53,850 bases of DNA from Gammaproteobacteria bacterium (GCA_965658385.1 CBFHRY010000003.1:1743-55592); one strand, 5' to 3'; counted from the first letter of the stretch, positions 37,059 to 47,891 are shown. Numbers and translations are program-made. The notes: a model not told the origin generated them from the letters alone.

Positions 37059-37931
37059 ATGGATAAGGTTGGCTTTATTGGCCTCGGGGTCATGGGCTAT
37101 CCCATGAGCTCTCATATTTCTAAATCAGGCTTTCAAACACATATTTTTAATAGAACGTCTAATATTTCAAGTAAATGGAAGGATTCATTTCATGGATCAA
37201 TCTGCACATCGCCAAAGGAAGTAGCCAAATATGTAGACTTTCTCTGCCTTTGTGTAAGTAAAGATGAAGATGTTAAAGAAGTGCTTTGTGGAAAAGATGG
37301 AGCAATAGAGGGTATAAAGCCCGGAACAATTATTATTGATCACACTACCACCTCAGCATCTCTATCTAGAGAAATGCATAAAATTTTTGAGAAGACAAAC
37401 TGTCATTATCTTGATGCTCCTGTTTCAGGCGGACAAGCTGGAGCAGAAAACGGGTCGCTGACTATAATGGTTGGTGGGAACGAAGAGGCATACAAAAGAA
37501 GTAAAAAAATTTTAAGCACTTATTCTAAATTTTCAAAATACATGGGAGAGGCTGGTAATGGCCAATTAACCAAAATGGTTAATCAAATAGCTATCGCAAG
37601 TTTAATTCAGGGTTTGGCAGAATCTTTGAATTTTTCTGAGAAGTCAGGCCTTGATTCTAAAGATGTTTTGCAAGTTATCTCAAAAGGAGCTGCACAAAGC
37701 TGGCAAATGGATAATAGATGGGAAACCATGGCTAGAGATGAGTTTAATTTTGGTTTCGCAGTTGATTTGATGCGCAAAGATTTAGATATTGTGGAAAATG
37801 AAGCAAAAAAACTCAATGTAAATATTGATACAACAAAACTAATTAACAATTTTTATAGGGAACTCCAGGAAATGGGAGGGGGAGGTTGGGACACCTCAAG
37901 TCTTGTTAAAAGAATCAGAAAAAAAACCTAG
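37059..37931 (+). CDS. NAD(P)-dependent oxidoreductase, 3-hydroxyisobutyrate dehydrogenase family
   Basis: GFIGLGVMG Rossmann motif and a conserved DAPVSGG motif. Confidence 0.85.
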   Translation: MDKVGFIGLGVMGYPMSSHISKSGFQTHIFNRTSNISSKWKDSFHGSICTSPKEVAKYVDFLCLCVSKDEDVKEVLCGKDGAIEGIKPGTIIIDHTTTSASLSREMHKIFEKTNCHYLDAPVSGGQAGAENGSLTIMVGGNEEAYKRSKKILSTYSKFSKYMGEAGNGQLTKMVNQIAIASLIQGLAESLNFSEKSGLDSKDVLQVISKGAAQSWQMDNRWETMARDEFNFGFAVDLMRKDLDIVENEAKKLNVNIDTTKLINNFYRELQEMGGGGWDTSSLVKRIRKKT

Positions 37932-38283
37932 AAAACAAAACAAGTATTGCTGATATCAGCAACATAGCAACAACCGAAATTTCTGAGATGTTTTCATCCA
38001 TGGCAAAGGACTCTTCTAATATTTCATAAAAACCTTCAGGATTAGATATCAACCAGATAATTCCTGATGCATGAAGAAGCATCAAGATTGCAATTATCCA
38101 ATTTAGCGGCTGATTAGAAAATACGATATAAGAAGTGAGAATTAAAAAGACGATTTCAACAGACAAATAAACATTAATGTTTTTTCTTTTGAACATGTAT
38201 CGCAATAAACTATATCCAGCTTTATAGGAATAAAAATACGCAAAAGCCATTAGTGTATAAGCTAAAGATAAAACTAAAATCAT
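37915..38283 (-). CDS. membrane protein of unknown function
   Basis: 122 aa with 4 TM helices. Confidence 0.6.
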   Translation of the reverse strand: MILVLSLAYTLMAFAYFYSYKAGYSLLRYMFKRKNINVYLSVEIVFLILTSYIVFSNQPLNWIIAILMLLHASGIIWLISNPEGFYEILEESFAMDENISEISVVAMLLISAILVLFSRFFF

Positions 38284-38433
38284 TTAATGATGAGGCGGAA
38301 CCTCGTATTTAACTGGAGGAAATTTTGGTTTATTAGCACTTTCCTTAAACCTTTTATATCTTGACTTAACATCAGCACAATCTTCAACAGCTGATGGAGG
38401 ATCTTTCTTTTCTTTTCTATTTTCTTCACTCAT
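38284..38433 (-). CDS. possible 49-aa hydrophilic protein (not in the ORF track)
   Basis: Hand translation: MSEENRKEKKDPPSAVEDCADVKSRYKRFKESANKPKFPPVKYEVPPHH-stop. Its TAA abuts the ATG of the downstream membrane gene (TAAATG). Confidence 0.35.
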   Translation of the reverse strand: MSEENRKEKKDPPSAVEDCADVKSRYKRFKESANKPKFPPVKYEVPPHH

Positions 38434-38467
38434 AAATAAAAATTACAACTAGCAAAAAAGTTAATTC

Positions 38468-38884
38468 TTACAAATCCCCATCTTTTCTAATTTCACTTCT
38501 TTCAACCTCAAACTTTTCACCATATCTAGCCTCAAGTTTTTTTTGATTTTCACTAATAACCTCAAAAGGATCTAAGCCTAATGAAGCGCAGGCTGTTGTC
38601 CAGTACCACATAATATCTCCAAGCTCTCTTTTCATATGAAAAATATTATCTTCTGAAGGGGGTTTCCCTTGAAGAAACATCTTTTTTACAATTTCTACAA
38701 ATTCACCCGTTTCACTCCCAAGCCCAAGCGCAGCAGTCAATAATCTTGCTGATTTAATTTCAGAGCTGTTTTCCACATCATCAAAACTTTGCTTAAGCGC
38801 ATCTAGATCAATGCTTGGTTCACTTGTAACTTTTTCAACAAAGTCACCATATGTTGAAAAAAAATCTTTTACTTCTTGGCTCAC
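38468..38884 (-). CDS. MazG-like nucleotide pyrophosphohydrolase
   Basis: ETGEFVEIVKK and ELGDIMWYW EExxE/D-type motifs. Confidence 0.8.
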   Translation of the reverse strand: MSQEVKDFFSTYGDFVEKVTSEPSIDLDALKQSFDDVENSSEIKSARLLTAALGLGSETGEFVEIVKKMFLQGKPPSEDNIFHMKRELGDIMWYWTTACASLGLDPFEVISENQKKLEARYGEKFEVERSEIRKDGDL

Positions 38885-38939
38885 TAGGATCTCCTTTAAT
38901 GTTTTATAATTACTATAATATAAAGGGGGATATAAAAAA

Positions 38940-39911
38940 ATGATTTCGAAAAATCAGCAAAAACTTAACTCTGGATTTCATGCAAAATCGGAACCAAAAG
39001 AGATTCTAGAGGGCATTGACCTATCAGGAAAAACAGCAATAGTCACAGGTGGGTACTCTGGTATAGGCTTAGAAACTACAAGAGCACTTGCAGAGGCTGG
39101 AGCTAATGTTTTTGTCCCTGCCAGAAGAGTTGATGATGCAAAAAAAGCACTTGATGGAATTATAGATGAAGCAAATATTTCTAAAATGGATCTTGCAGAC
39201 ATTAGTTCTATAAAAGACTACACCCAAGAATTTATCAATGAGATTAAGTCTTTGAGCATCTTAATTAATAATGCTGGAATTATGGCATGCCCAGAATCAA
39301 AAACCTCAAACGGTTGGGATCTCCAGTTTGCAGTTAATCATATAGGACATTTTGTTTTCACAAACGAGCTTATCAGGGTCATGGATAAGCTCAATGGAAC
39401 AAGAGTAATTAATCTTTCCTCAACAGCAAATAATATTTCTGGTATTTGCTGGGATGATATCCACTTTAATCATGATTACGATAAATGGGTTGCTTATGGT
39501 CAATCTAAAACAGCCGCAAGTCTTTTTTCTATTGAATTAGACAAAAGGTATAAAGATAAAAATATTCGATCTTTCGCAGTTCATCCAGGAGGAATATTTA
39601 CACCTCTGCAAAGACATCTTCAGCAAGAAGAGATGGTTGCAATGGGGTGGATGAACGAAGATGGTTCTCTTTCAGATTTAGTAAAAGCTGGATTTAAATC
39701 TCCCACTCAAGGAGCGGGAACTTCTTTATGGGCAGCTACCAGTTCTAGCCTCGACGGTATTGGAGGAGTGTATTGTGAAAACTGTGATGTCGCTAATATT
39801 TCTGACGGTAGTCCTGAAGAACGATATTTTGGCGTTAGAGAATGGGCAGTTGATTCATCTGAGGCTGAAAAGTTATGGAGTGTAACCGAAGAGATGTTAA
39901 GTAAAATCTAG
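38940..39911 (+). CDS. short-chain dehydrogenase/reductase (SDR) family oxidoreductase
   Basis: TGGYSGIG cofactor motif, NNAG, and the catalytic YGQSK. Confidence 0.88.
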   Translation: MISKNQQKLNSGFHAKSEPKEILEGIDLSGKTAIVTGGYSGIGLETTRALAEAGANVFVPARRVDDAKKALDGIIDEANISKMDLADISSIKDYTQEFINEIKSLSILINNAGIMACPESKTSNGWDLQFAVNHIGHFVFTNELIRVMDKLNGTRVINLSSTANNISGICWDDIHFNHDYDKWVAYGQSKTAASLFSIELDKRYKDKNIRSFAVHPGGIFTPLQRHLQQEEMVAMGWMNEDGSLSDLVKAGFKSPTQGAGTSLWAATSSSLDGIGGVYCENCDVANISDGSPEERYFGVREWAVDSSEAEKLWSVTEEMLSKI

Positions 39912-40754
39912 CTACTTAACTCTCAACGACCTTTGGCTATCAACAATATTATATAAATGTTCTTGCGCCTCGGGTTTTAGCTGGGCAACTCCCATAGTCA
40001 TAACGTCTATAACAGCAGTATAAGCAATCCTAGATGTGTTTGGTTTTGAGAGGCGATTATTATCTCCAACATCAATAGTTAAAGGGTAATCACAAATATC
40101 TGCCAAAGGAGTTCTTCCTGGCATTATTCCAATTACTTTAACACCGGATTTTCTAACAATTCTTACACTATCAAGAAGAGCGGAAGTAGTTCCAGATTGT
40201 GAGATTGCAACCACAACATCCTTTTTACCAAGTGAATTTGCGGACATAAACTGAATATGAGGGTCTGATATATATGAAGAAGGGATTTTTAACCTGAAAA
40301 ACTTGTGTTGAGCATCCATAGCTACTGGAGCCGAGCCCCCAAATGCATAAAACTCAACCCGTCTTGCATTAGCCAAAGCCTCAATTGCCTCCTCTAAAAT
40401 ATTTTGATCAATTTGCGATCTTACATTCAGTATTTCACTTATTGTTGTATCAAATACTTTCTCACAAAGCTCATGTATTGAATCATCTTCATCAATTTCA
40501 TACATTACAAAATAATCATCTGCTGCTAACTGCTGAGATAAATTAATTTTAAAATCCTGATACCCAGAGAAGCCTAGAGCCTTACAAAACCTTATTAATG
40601 TCGGCTCACTTATACCGATTCTTTCTGATGCCTCGGCTGTTTTCATATTAATAATAGATTTTGGGTCTTCCAGCACAAACTCACCAACAGCTCTTTCTGA
40701 TTTTCTTAATTCAGGCAGACTATTTTTAATTTGTCTCAATAATTTTGTTGGCAT
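39912..40754 (-). CDS. MurR/RpiR (HexR-like) family transcriptional regulator
   Basis: N-terminal HTH_6 plus a C-terminal SIS domain (VAISQSGTT). I prefer the ATG at 40754, which removes the overlap with uvrD. The ORF track extends to 40811. Confidence 0.82.
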   Translation of the reverse strand: MPTKLLRQIKNSLPELRKSERAVGEFVLEDPKSIINMKTAEASERIGISEPTLIRFCKALGFSGYQDFKINLSQQLAADDYFVMYEIDEDDSIHELCEKVFDTTISEILNVRSQIDQNILEEAIEALANARRVEFYAFGGSAPVAMDAQHKFFRLKIPSSYISDPHIQFMSANSLGKKDVVVAISQSGTTSALLDSVRIVRKSGVKVIGIMPGRTPLADICDYPLTIDVGDNNRLSKPNTSRIAYTAVIDVMTMGVAQLKPEAQEHLYNIVDSQRSLRVK

Positions 40755-40796
40755 AAAGGTTAGAATATCTCTCTTGAGCAAAAAAATGAACCCCAA

Positions 40797-42971
40797 ATGG
40801 ATGTATCTCACATATTAGACAATCTTAATGATCAGCAAAGAAACGCTGTAACATCTGAAAAAAAGCATCTTATGGTTCTTGCTGGTGCGGGTTCGGGTAA
40901 AACTAGAGTCCTTGTGCATAAGATAGCTTGGGAGGTAGAGGCTCTTAATAAAAATCCAGCTTCAATAATGGCAGTAACTTTTACAAATAAGGCTGCTGCA
41001 GAGATGAGATCAAGAATCGAAGAATTACTTCAAGCGCCAATGTTTGATACATGGGTTGGAACATTCCATGGTTTAGCGCACAAATTACTCAAAAGATTTT
41101 ATAAAGAGGCTAATTTATCAAGCGGCTTCACAATCCTAGATGCTGACGATCAGCTAAGAATTATAAAAAGAATATCCAAGGAAGCAGGTCTCGATGAAGC
41201 GACTTGGCCTTCTAGACAGAGCCAGTGGCAGATAAACTCATGGAAAGACGACGGGCTTAGGCATGATGATGTGGATGACAAAGGTGATTATTTTAAAGAG
41301 ACAATAAATAAAATATACAAAGATTACCAAGAGCTATGCTCAAGAGATAATTTAGTCGACTTTGGAGAGCTTCTTTTAAAGGCATATGAGGTTGTAAAAA
41401 CCAACCAAGTAGTCAGAGATTTCTTTCACAATAGATTTCAATCTATACTGGTTGACGAATTTCAAGACACAAATACTATTCAATACAAATGGTTATTAGA
41501 GATAACTTCTGATACTGCTTCCATAACAGCTGTTGGTGATGATGACCAATCTATATATGGATGGAGAGGCGCAAAGGTTGAAAATGTTGATGCATTCACA
41601 AAAACATTTTCAGACACTGAAATAATAAGACTAGAGCAGAACTATAGGTCTACAAATATTATTTTAGGTGCGGCAAATGCACTTATTGAAAATAATACTG
41701 AGCGATTGGGAAAGAATCTATGGACTGAGCAGCTTGAGGGAGAGCCAATAATCCTATATCAGGCATACAACGAACAAGATGAAGCGCGTTTTGTAGCAGA
41801 TATTCTTAAGGATTGGATGTCTAAAGGAGAGCTATACTCAGACGCAGCTGTTCTTTACAGATCAAATGCCCAATCAAGAGCTATTGAAGAAGCTCTATTG
41901 CGAGTAAGTATTCCTTACAGAATATATGGCGGATTAAGATTCTATGAAAGAATGGAGATTAAGAATGCAATTGCTTATCTTAAAATTATTTTTAACAATT
42001 CAGACAATCCAGCATTTGAACGATCAATTTCAAATCCTACCAGAGGCGTTGGTGAAAAAACGCTAGCTAAAATTAGGGCCACAGCTCTTAAGTTTAATAT
42101 TTCATACATTAAGGCATCGGCAAGGCTTATTGATGAAGGAGCTATATCAGGTAGAGGAGGTGCAGGCTTAAGATCTTATTTAGAGTTTGTTGCGCGCTGT
42201 AAAGAGTTTATCGAAGAGAATGCATTATCAGATTTGATGGAAGAAATTATTAAAACCTCAGGACTCCACGCCTATCATGCTAAAGAGCCAGGTGAAAAGG
42301 GTAAAACCAGAATAGAAAATTTAGAGGAATTGGTAACAGCAACAAAAAACTTTGAGCAAAGCATCACTGAAAACAAAACTAACAAGGAAATCGCTGAAGA
42401 ATATCTAGATGTTATATCTCTTGATTCTGGAGATAGGCAAGCATCTGAAAGTGACGACGCCGCACAATTGATGACTTTGCATTCAGCAAAAGGTCTAGAG
42501 TTTAAATTAGTTTTAATGACAGGACTTGAGGAAAGTTTATTTCCACATGGGCGCTCCATGGAGAGCAACTCACAGTTAGAAGAAGAAAGAAGGCTGTGCT
42601 ATGTCGGGATTACTCGAGCTATGCAAAAATTATATATATCTTATGCGGAATCTAGGAGATTGCATGGTTCAGATACATTTAATCCTCCTTCAAGGTTTAT
42701 AAGAGAGATTCCAAAAGAATTGATAAATGAGATTAGGCCCCGAGCTCAAACAACAATCCCTTATAATAAAAAAAGTTTTAAAGAAACGAAGTTAGAATTT
42801 GAAGAAGAGATTGGCATAGCACTTGGCCAGAAAGTTCTCCACAAGACATTCGGCGAAGGAATAGTTTTAAATTATGAGGGCTCTGGAGATTCTGCTAGAG
42901 TTCAAATTAACTTTGATAGGGCTGGAACTAAATGGCTAGTTATGGCTTATGCAAAATTAGAAAAAATATGA
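40797..42971 (+). CDS. uvrD: DNA helicase II
   Basis: MDVSHILDNLNDQQRNAV...LAGAGSGKTRVLVHKIAW closely parallels the enterobacterial UvrD N-terminus. 724 aa with all SF1 motifs. Confidence 0.93.
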   Translation: MDVSHILDNLNDQQRNAVTSEKKHLMVLAGAGSGKTRVLVHKIAWEVEALNKNPASIMAVTFTNKAAAEMRSRIEELLQAPMFDTWVGTFHGLAHKLLKRFYKEANLSSGFTILDADDQLRIIKRISKEAGLDEATWPSRQSQWQINSWKDDGLRHDDVDDKGDYFKETINKIYKDYQELCSRDNLVDFGELLLKAYEVVKTNQVVRDFFHNRFQSILVDEFQDTNTIQYKWLLEITSDTASITAVGDDDQSIYGWRGAKVENVDAFTKTFSDTEIIRLEQNYRSTNIILGAANALIENNTERLGKNLWTEQLEGEPIILYQAYNEQDEARFVADILKDWMSKGELYSDAAVLYRSNAQSRAIEEALLRVSIPYRIYGGLRFYERMEIKNAIAYLKIIFNNSDNPAFERSISNPTRGVGEKTLAKIRATALKFNISYIKASARLIDEGAISGRGGAGLRSYLEFVARCKEFIEENALSDLMEEIIKTSGLHAYHAKEPGEKGKTRIENLEELVTATKNFEQSITENKTNKEIAEEYLDVISLDSGDRQASESDDAAQLMTLHSAKGLEFKLVLMTGLEESLFPHGRSMESNSQLEEERRLCYVGITRAMQKLYISYAESRRLHGSDTFNPPSRFIREIPKELINEIRPRAQTTIPYNKKSFKETKLEFEEEIGIALGQKVLHKTFGEGIVLNYEGSGDSARVQINFDRAGTKWLVMAYAKLEKI

Positions 42972-44059
42972 AAATAAATAAATATATTAGTTTGGCGGTC
43001 TTGGTATTACTTGTTGGGTGCGGACAAAGCAGCAACGAAGGCAATGCAAATGACTCGCTTGAGCAAGAGCAATACAACTGGAGACTTGTTACTGCATGGC
43101 CCAAGAATTATCCAGGACTGGGAATGGCTCCAGAAAGGATTGCTGATCTTGTTGAAGAAATGAGTAATGGCCAAATGAAAATTACAGTTTATGGAGCTGG
43201 AGAGCAAGTTCCTGCATTTGGAGTATTTGATGCAGTTTCAAGCGGATCGCACCAAATGGGCCATAGCGGTGGATATTTTTGGAAGGGGAAAGTTCCTGCT
43301 GCGCAATTTTTTACTGGAGTTCCATTTGGTCTTACTGCTGACGAAATAAATGCTTGGACCAATAGAGGTGGAGGATTAGAGCTTTGGAGAGAAATTTATG
43401 ATCCATTTAATATCTATCCAATACCTGCAGGAAATACAGGTACGCAGATGTTTGGCTGGTTCAATAAAGAAATTAATTCTTTAGAAGATATAAAAGGTTT
43501 AAAAATGAGGATGCCAGGCATTGGAGGCGAGGTACTTAAGAGAGCTGGCGGTATTCCAGTCACACTTCCCGGAGGAGAGCTTTTTACAGCACTGCAAACA
43601 GGAGTTATTGATGCTACTGAGTGGGTCGGCCCTTACAATGATTTAACTTTTGGTTTCCAGCAAACTGCAAAATATTATTACTATCCAGGCTGGCATGAAC
43701 CAGGCTCTATGTTAGAACTCTTAATTAACAAAGATGCCTGGAATTCTCTTCCAAAGCATTTACAAGTAATTATTGAGACAGCTTCCAAAGCAGTAAATCA
43801 AGACATTCTTGATGAATACACAGCAAGAAATAACAAAGCCTTAAGAGAGCTAGTTGATGTGCATGGTGTTGAGCTAAGAAGACTGCCAGATGATGTAATT
43901 ACTGAGTTTAAAATAATAGCTAATGATATATTAGAAGAGAACGCCGCTGAGGATGAGACAGTCAATAAAGTTTATCAATCATATCTTAAGTTTAAAAATG
44001 AGGTATCCGAATACCATAAAGTTTCTGAAGACGCTTTCGTTGAGGCCCGAAGCAATTAG
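42968..44059 (+). CDS. TRAP transporter substrate-binding protein (DctP superfamily), lipoprotein
   Basis: ATG at 42968 gives MKINKYISLAVLVLLVGC (lipobox) and an ATGA overlap with the uvrD stop. WRLVTAWPKNYPGLG is typical of this TRAP SBP family. Confidence 0.85.
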   Translation: MKINKYISLAVLVLLVGCGQSSNEGNANDSLEQEQYNWRLVTAWPKNYPGLGMAPERIADLVEEMSNGQMKITVYGAGEQVPAFGVFDAVSSGSHQMGHSGGYFWKGKVPAAQFFTGVPFGLTADEINAWTNRGGGLELWREIYDPFNIYPIPAGNTGTQMFGWFNKEINSLEDIKGLKMRMPGIGGEVLKRAGGIPVTLPGGELFTALQTGVIDATEWVGPYNDLTFGFQQTAKYYYYPGWHEPGSMLELLINKDAWNSLPKHLQVIIETASKAVNQDILDEYTARNNKALRELVDVHGVELRRLPDDVITEFKIIANDILEENAAEDETVNKVYQSYLKFKNEVSEYHKVSEDAFVEARSN

Positions 44060-44658
44060 TGTCTAAAGTAGCTTTTAAATCTCTTGGCATCACAAAATAT
44101 TCAGATGCCTTAGAAAAAATGAAAGTTAAGCTTGGGGAAAAAAACTTCAAAAATGAAATTTGGTTTCTTGAGCATTTTAAAATTTTTACACTTGGAACTG
44201 CGGCAAACAAGGCACATGTCCTAGATTCAAAAGATATACCAGTTTATCAATCGGATAGAGGCGGCGAGGTTACCTACCATGGCCCTGGTCAACTAGTTAT
44301 TTATTTTCTGCTAGATTTCAAAAAACTCAACATGGGACCAAAGACGCTAGTAGAAACCTTGCAAAAATTTGTGCAATCTATACTTGATGAATTTGACATA
44401 GAATCTAGCCTTATTGCAGGCGCTCCGGGAGTCTATGTTGATGATAAAAAAATTGCATCAATTGGCTTAAGGATTTCTAATGGAAAAACCTATCATGGCA
44501 TAAGCATGAATATAGATATGGATTTAGAACCATTTTCATTCATTAATCCTTGTGGTTATGAGGGGCTTAAAGTTGTTCAGCTTAAAGACTATGTAAATGA
44601 CATTACAATAAAAGATGTCGAAAAACTTGCAATTAAAAAATTAGAGAATATATTCTAG
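44059..44658 (+). CDS. lipB: lipoyl(octanoyl) transferase
   Basis: GTG start. [12 protein letters not shown] motif. Adjacent to lipA. Confidence 0.92.
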   Translation: MSKVAFKSLGITKYSDALEKMKVKLGEKNFKNEIWFLEHFKIFTLGTAANKAHVLDSKDIPVYQSDRGGEVTYHGPGQLVIYFLLDFKKLNMGPKTLVETLQKFVQSILDEFDIESSLIAGAPGVYVDDKKIASIGLRISNGKTYHGISMNIDMDLEPFSFINPCGYEGLKVVQLKDYVNDITIKDVEKLAIKKLENIF

Positions 44659-44660
44659 CC

Positions 44661-45623
44661 ATGGAAATCATTCCAACACAAAAGATTGTAAATAGGGATG
44701 GTATTAAGGCTGTTAAAAATGGCCAAAAAAGAAACGAATTTTCTCATATACCAAACCTAAAAAAACCCTCATGGCTCAGGGTAAAGGCAGAGTTTAATCC
44801 TAATTTTCATAAGGTTAAAAATCAGGTAAATACCAAAAGGCTTAATACGGTTTGTGAAGAGGCGCATTGCCCGAATATTAGCGAGTGCTGGTCTGCTGGA
44901 ACCGCAACGTTCATGTTAATGGGATCTGTATGTACAAGAGCATGCAAATTTTGCTCTGTAGATACTGGAAATCCCAAGGGATGGCTAGATACTGAAGAGC
45001 CATTAAATACTGCAAAAGCAGTTCAAACAATGGGATTAAAATATGTTGTCTTAACCTCAGTAAATAGAGATGACCTTGATGATGGTGGCGCAAAACACTT
45101 TGCTGATACGGTTAAGCTAATCAAGGATCTCAACCCTAAAACAGCAGTTGAGGCTTTAACACCTGACTTTAAAGGCCTTAAGTCTTCGATTGATACCTTG
45201 GTTAATTGTGGCCTTGAAGTATTCGCTCAAAATATTGAGACGGTAGAAAGATTGACCCATCAAGTTAGAGATATTAGAGCGGGTTATCAACAAACACTAG
45301 ATGTTTTAGCGGAATCAAAAAAGATAAATTCAGAAGTTCTTACAAAAACTAGCATAATTGTTGGACTTGGTGAGACCGATGATGAAATAGAGCAAACCAT
45401 GGATGATCTTATAAAGCATAAGGTAGATATTTTAACTATTGGCCAGTATCTAAGGCCTACGCTAAATCATCATCCAATAGAGAGATGGGTAACACCAGAA
45501 GAGTTTGAGAACTATAGACAGATTGGCCTTAAAAAGGGGTTTTTGGAGGTTGTTTCTGGTCCCATGGTTAGGTCAAGCTATAGAGCAGAAAGAGCGCTAG
45601 AAAAAAACAATGCTGGCTTATAA
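44661..45623 (+). CDS. lipA: lipoyl synthase
   Basis: Radical-SAM CxxxCxxC (CTRACKFC) plus the N-terminal cluster [12 protein letters not shown]. Confidence 0.97.
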   Translation: MEIIPTQKIVNRDGIKAVKNGQKRNEFSHIPNLKKPSWLRVKAEFNPNFHKVKNQVNTKRLNTVCEEAHCPNISECWSAGTATFMLMGSVCTRACKFCSVDTGNPKGWLDTEEPLNTAKAVQTMGLKYVVLTSVNRDDLDDGGAKHFADTVKLIKDLNPKTAVEALTPDFKGLKSSIDTLVNCGLEVFAQNIETVERLTHQVRDIRAGYQQTLDVLAESKKINSEVLTKTSIIVGLGETDDEIEQTMDDLIKHKVDILTIGQYLRPTLNHHPIERWVTPEEFENYRQIGLKKGFLEVVSGPMVRSSYRAERALEKNNAGL

Positions 45624-45713
45624 AAAAATATCTAAATTAGATATACTTTAGATAATTCATATCATTTATTTTCTGTTAACTTTAAGTAAATAGATCCAAT
45701 TGAGGTGATTATC

Positions 45714-46097
45714 ATGAACATGAAAGAAGCAGTAATTTCAGTATTATCAAACTGGAATAATTTTAGTGGCAGAGCTTGTAGAAGTGAGTTTTGGTATTTT
45801 GTTTTGGCCTCAACTTTGCTTGGATTTGTTGTTGGAATAATTGAGGCAGCAACGGGCCTGATTGATTTTGAAGATCCAAGCTCAACTGGCCCCCTTTCAA
45901 TAATATTAAATATTTTGTTATTAGTGCCTAGTCTTGCCGTCACTTCAAGACGCTTACAAGATTATGGATTTTCTGGATGGTGGCAACTTTCCTATATTAC
46001 AGTGATTGGTTTTGTTGTTGTTCTTGTCTGGTGCATGCTTCCAGCAAAAGAAGATGAGAATCAATGGGGAAAAAACCCTTTGCTTGATCTTAAATAA
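45714..46097 (+). CDS. DUF805 family inner-membrane protein
   Basis: GRACRSEFWYF and RRLQDYGFSGWW motifs. The ATG at 45714 follows GAGG; the ORF track begins at the GTG at 45705. Confidence 0.8.
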   Translation: MNMKEAVISVLSNWNNFSGRACRSEFWYFVLASTLLGFVVGIIEAATGLIDFEDPSSTGPLSIILNILLLVPSLAVTSRRLQDYGFSGWWQLSYITVIGFVVVLVWCMLPAKEDENQWGKNPLLDLK

Positions 46098-47427
46098 TAA
46101 ACCAAGGAAAAATCAGCACCAGGCTCAGTACAAGCAATTGAATGACTATAAAGGGTATGACGCCTTTATATATTTCAGACGTTTTGATACTTTCATCTGC
46201 AACGCCTCTTAAATAAAAAAGAGAAAATCCAAACGGCGGAGTCAAAAAAGAAGTTTGGAGATTTATAGCCAATAGGATTGCTAGCCATACTGGATCAAAT
46301 CCCATCATGAGCAATGGCGGCGCCACCAGCGGAACAATCACGTAGCATATTTCTATAAAGTCTAAAATAAAGCCAAGTAAAAAAACCAAGAAAAGAACAA
46401 ACAACAAGGCTACATATGGTCCGCCCGGCAGAGATCCAAATATTAGATCTATTAGTTCATCACCGCCTATACCTCTAAAGATTAACGAAAATATCGATGC
46501 ACCAATTAGTATCGCAAATATCATAGTGGATACAATTGCAGTTCTTTGACTAGTTTCTTTAATAAAATTTATATCAATTTTTTTATTTAGCGAAGCAATT
46601 AAAAGTGCGCCAATAGCACCAAGTGCTGAAGCCTCAGTGGGGGTTGCAACGCCAGCAATAATTGAACCAAGAACTAAAAAAATTAAAGATAGCGGAAGCC
46701 CGAGCGTTTTAAAAATTTCTAATCTAGAAAGAGATACTTTTGAAGGATTAAAAAATATGTTTGAATTGTTAAAATTTTTATAGATTGTATATATAAGATA
46801 TCCCAAACAAATCATAATGCCCGGAATTATTGCCCCAACAAATAGATCCCCAACAGTAACAGTTTTTTGAGAGAAAATTCCCATATTATTTTGAGCTCTT
46901 TGATAAGCATTGGACATAACATCACCAAGTAAAACTAAGGCAATTGATGGAGGAATTATTTGACCCAAGGTTCCAGTAGATGCAACCAGTCCAGATGAGA
47001 AATCTTTCTGATAGCCCTGTTGTAATAAGACTGGCAACGACATTAAGCCCATGGTTACAACAGTTGCACCAACAATTCCGGTGCTAGCAGCAAGCAAAGC
47101 TCCAACCAAAATAATCGATATGCTCAATCCACCTCTTATGTTTTGAAAAGCTAGCGCCATGTTTTGAAGCATATTTGCAGCCACTCCAGACCTTTCAAGA
47201 ATGGTTCCCATGTAAATAAATAATGGGACAGCCAAGAGAGTAACATTATTCATTATTCCAAATATCCTAATCGGGATGCTTTTAAAAATAGATGGATCAA
47301 ATACACCAAAGGGAATGCAAATCAATGCAAAGATAAGAGAAACCCCACCAAGTGTAAAGGCGACTGGGTAACCCAATAAAAGAGACCCACAAATAATAAT
47401 TATTAGTACTAGAGGGATTATTTCCAT
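46090..47427 (-). CDS. TRAP transporter large permease (DctM family)
   Basis: 445 aa, about 12 TM helices. Overlaps the small-permease gene. Confidence 0.9.
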   Translation of the reverse strand: MEIIPLVLIIIICGSLLLGYPVAFTLGGVSLIFALICIPFGVFDPSIFKSIPIRIFGIMNNVTLLAVPLFIYMGTILERSGVAANMLQNMALAFQNIRGGLSISIILVGALLAASTGIVGATVVTMGLMSLPVLLQQGYQKDFSSGLVASTGTLGQIIPPSIALVLLGDVMSNAYQRAQNNMGIFSQKTVTVGDLFVGAIIPGIMICLGYLIYTIYKNFNNSNIFFNPSKVSLSRLEIFKTLGLPLSLIFLVLGSIIAGVATPTEASALGAIGALLIASLNKKIDINFIKETSQRTAIVSTMIFAILIGASIFSLIFRGIGGDELIDLIFGSLPGGPYVALLFVLFLVFLLGFILDFIEICYVIVPLVAPPLLMMGFDPVWLAILLAINLQTSFLTPPFGFSLFYLRGVADESIKTSEIYKGVIPFIVIQLLVLSLVLIFPWFII

Positions 47428-47891
47428 AAGAATTTACAAAGAAAGCCTATAAAAGCAAACAACAAGGTTAAAGGAAATAAAACTATTAAAGTTTTTTGTA
47501 TATAAACATATGGCATTCCTCCTGCCTCAGTAGATATCTCTTTAATCTTCCAAGACATACCAATTAAATCAAGTGAATAAAATAGAATAAACAAAGCTAT
47601 TGGAAGCAAAAAAATAAATCCTAAAGCCAAATTGATTGAATTTTTATATTTGCTTGATGCATTTCTATAAAAGATATCAACCCGTACATGCTCATCTTTA
47701 TTAAAAACATAACCTGCGCACCCAAGAAAAACTATTGCATGAAAATACATAATAAGCTCTTGAAGGTAGGTCATGCCAATCCCAAAAAAATATCTACTTA
47801 TGACTACCACGACCATTAACAGCGCCATCACAGGTATAAGGTAGGAAAACTTCTCTCCAATAAAATTTATATACTTTTCTATGGCTTTCAT
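47418..47891 (-). CDS. TRAP transporter small permease (DctQ family)
   Basis: 157 aa with 4 TM helices, immediately upstream of DctM. Confidence 0.85.
   Translation of the reverse strand: MKAIEKYINFIGEKFSYLIPVMALLMVVVVISRYFFGIGMTYLQELIMYFHAIVFLGCAGYVFNKDEHVRVDIFYRNASSKYKNSINLALGFIFLLPIALFILFYSLDLIGMSWKIKEISTEAGGMPYVYIQKTLIVLFPLTLLFAFIGFLCKFLWK

Noticed and set aside
45628-45644. 17-nt AT-only palindrome (atatctaa-a-ttagatat) after lipA, considered as a rho-independent terminator
   Set aside because: The stem is all A/T with a 1-nt loop and no following U-tract of note. It is too weak to call a terminator and may be a protein-binding site or chance in AT-rich DNA.
45662-46212. ORFs 45662-45943 (-) and 46006-46212 (+)
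   Set aside because: They overlap the DUF805 gene and the DctM gene respectively and lack any motif. They are shadow ORFs.
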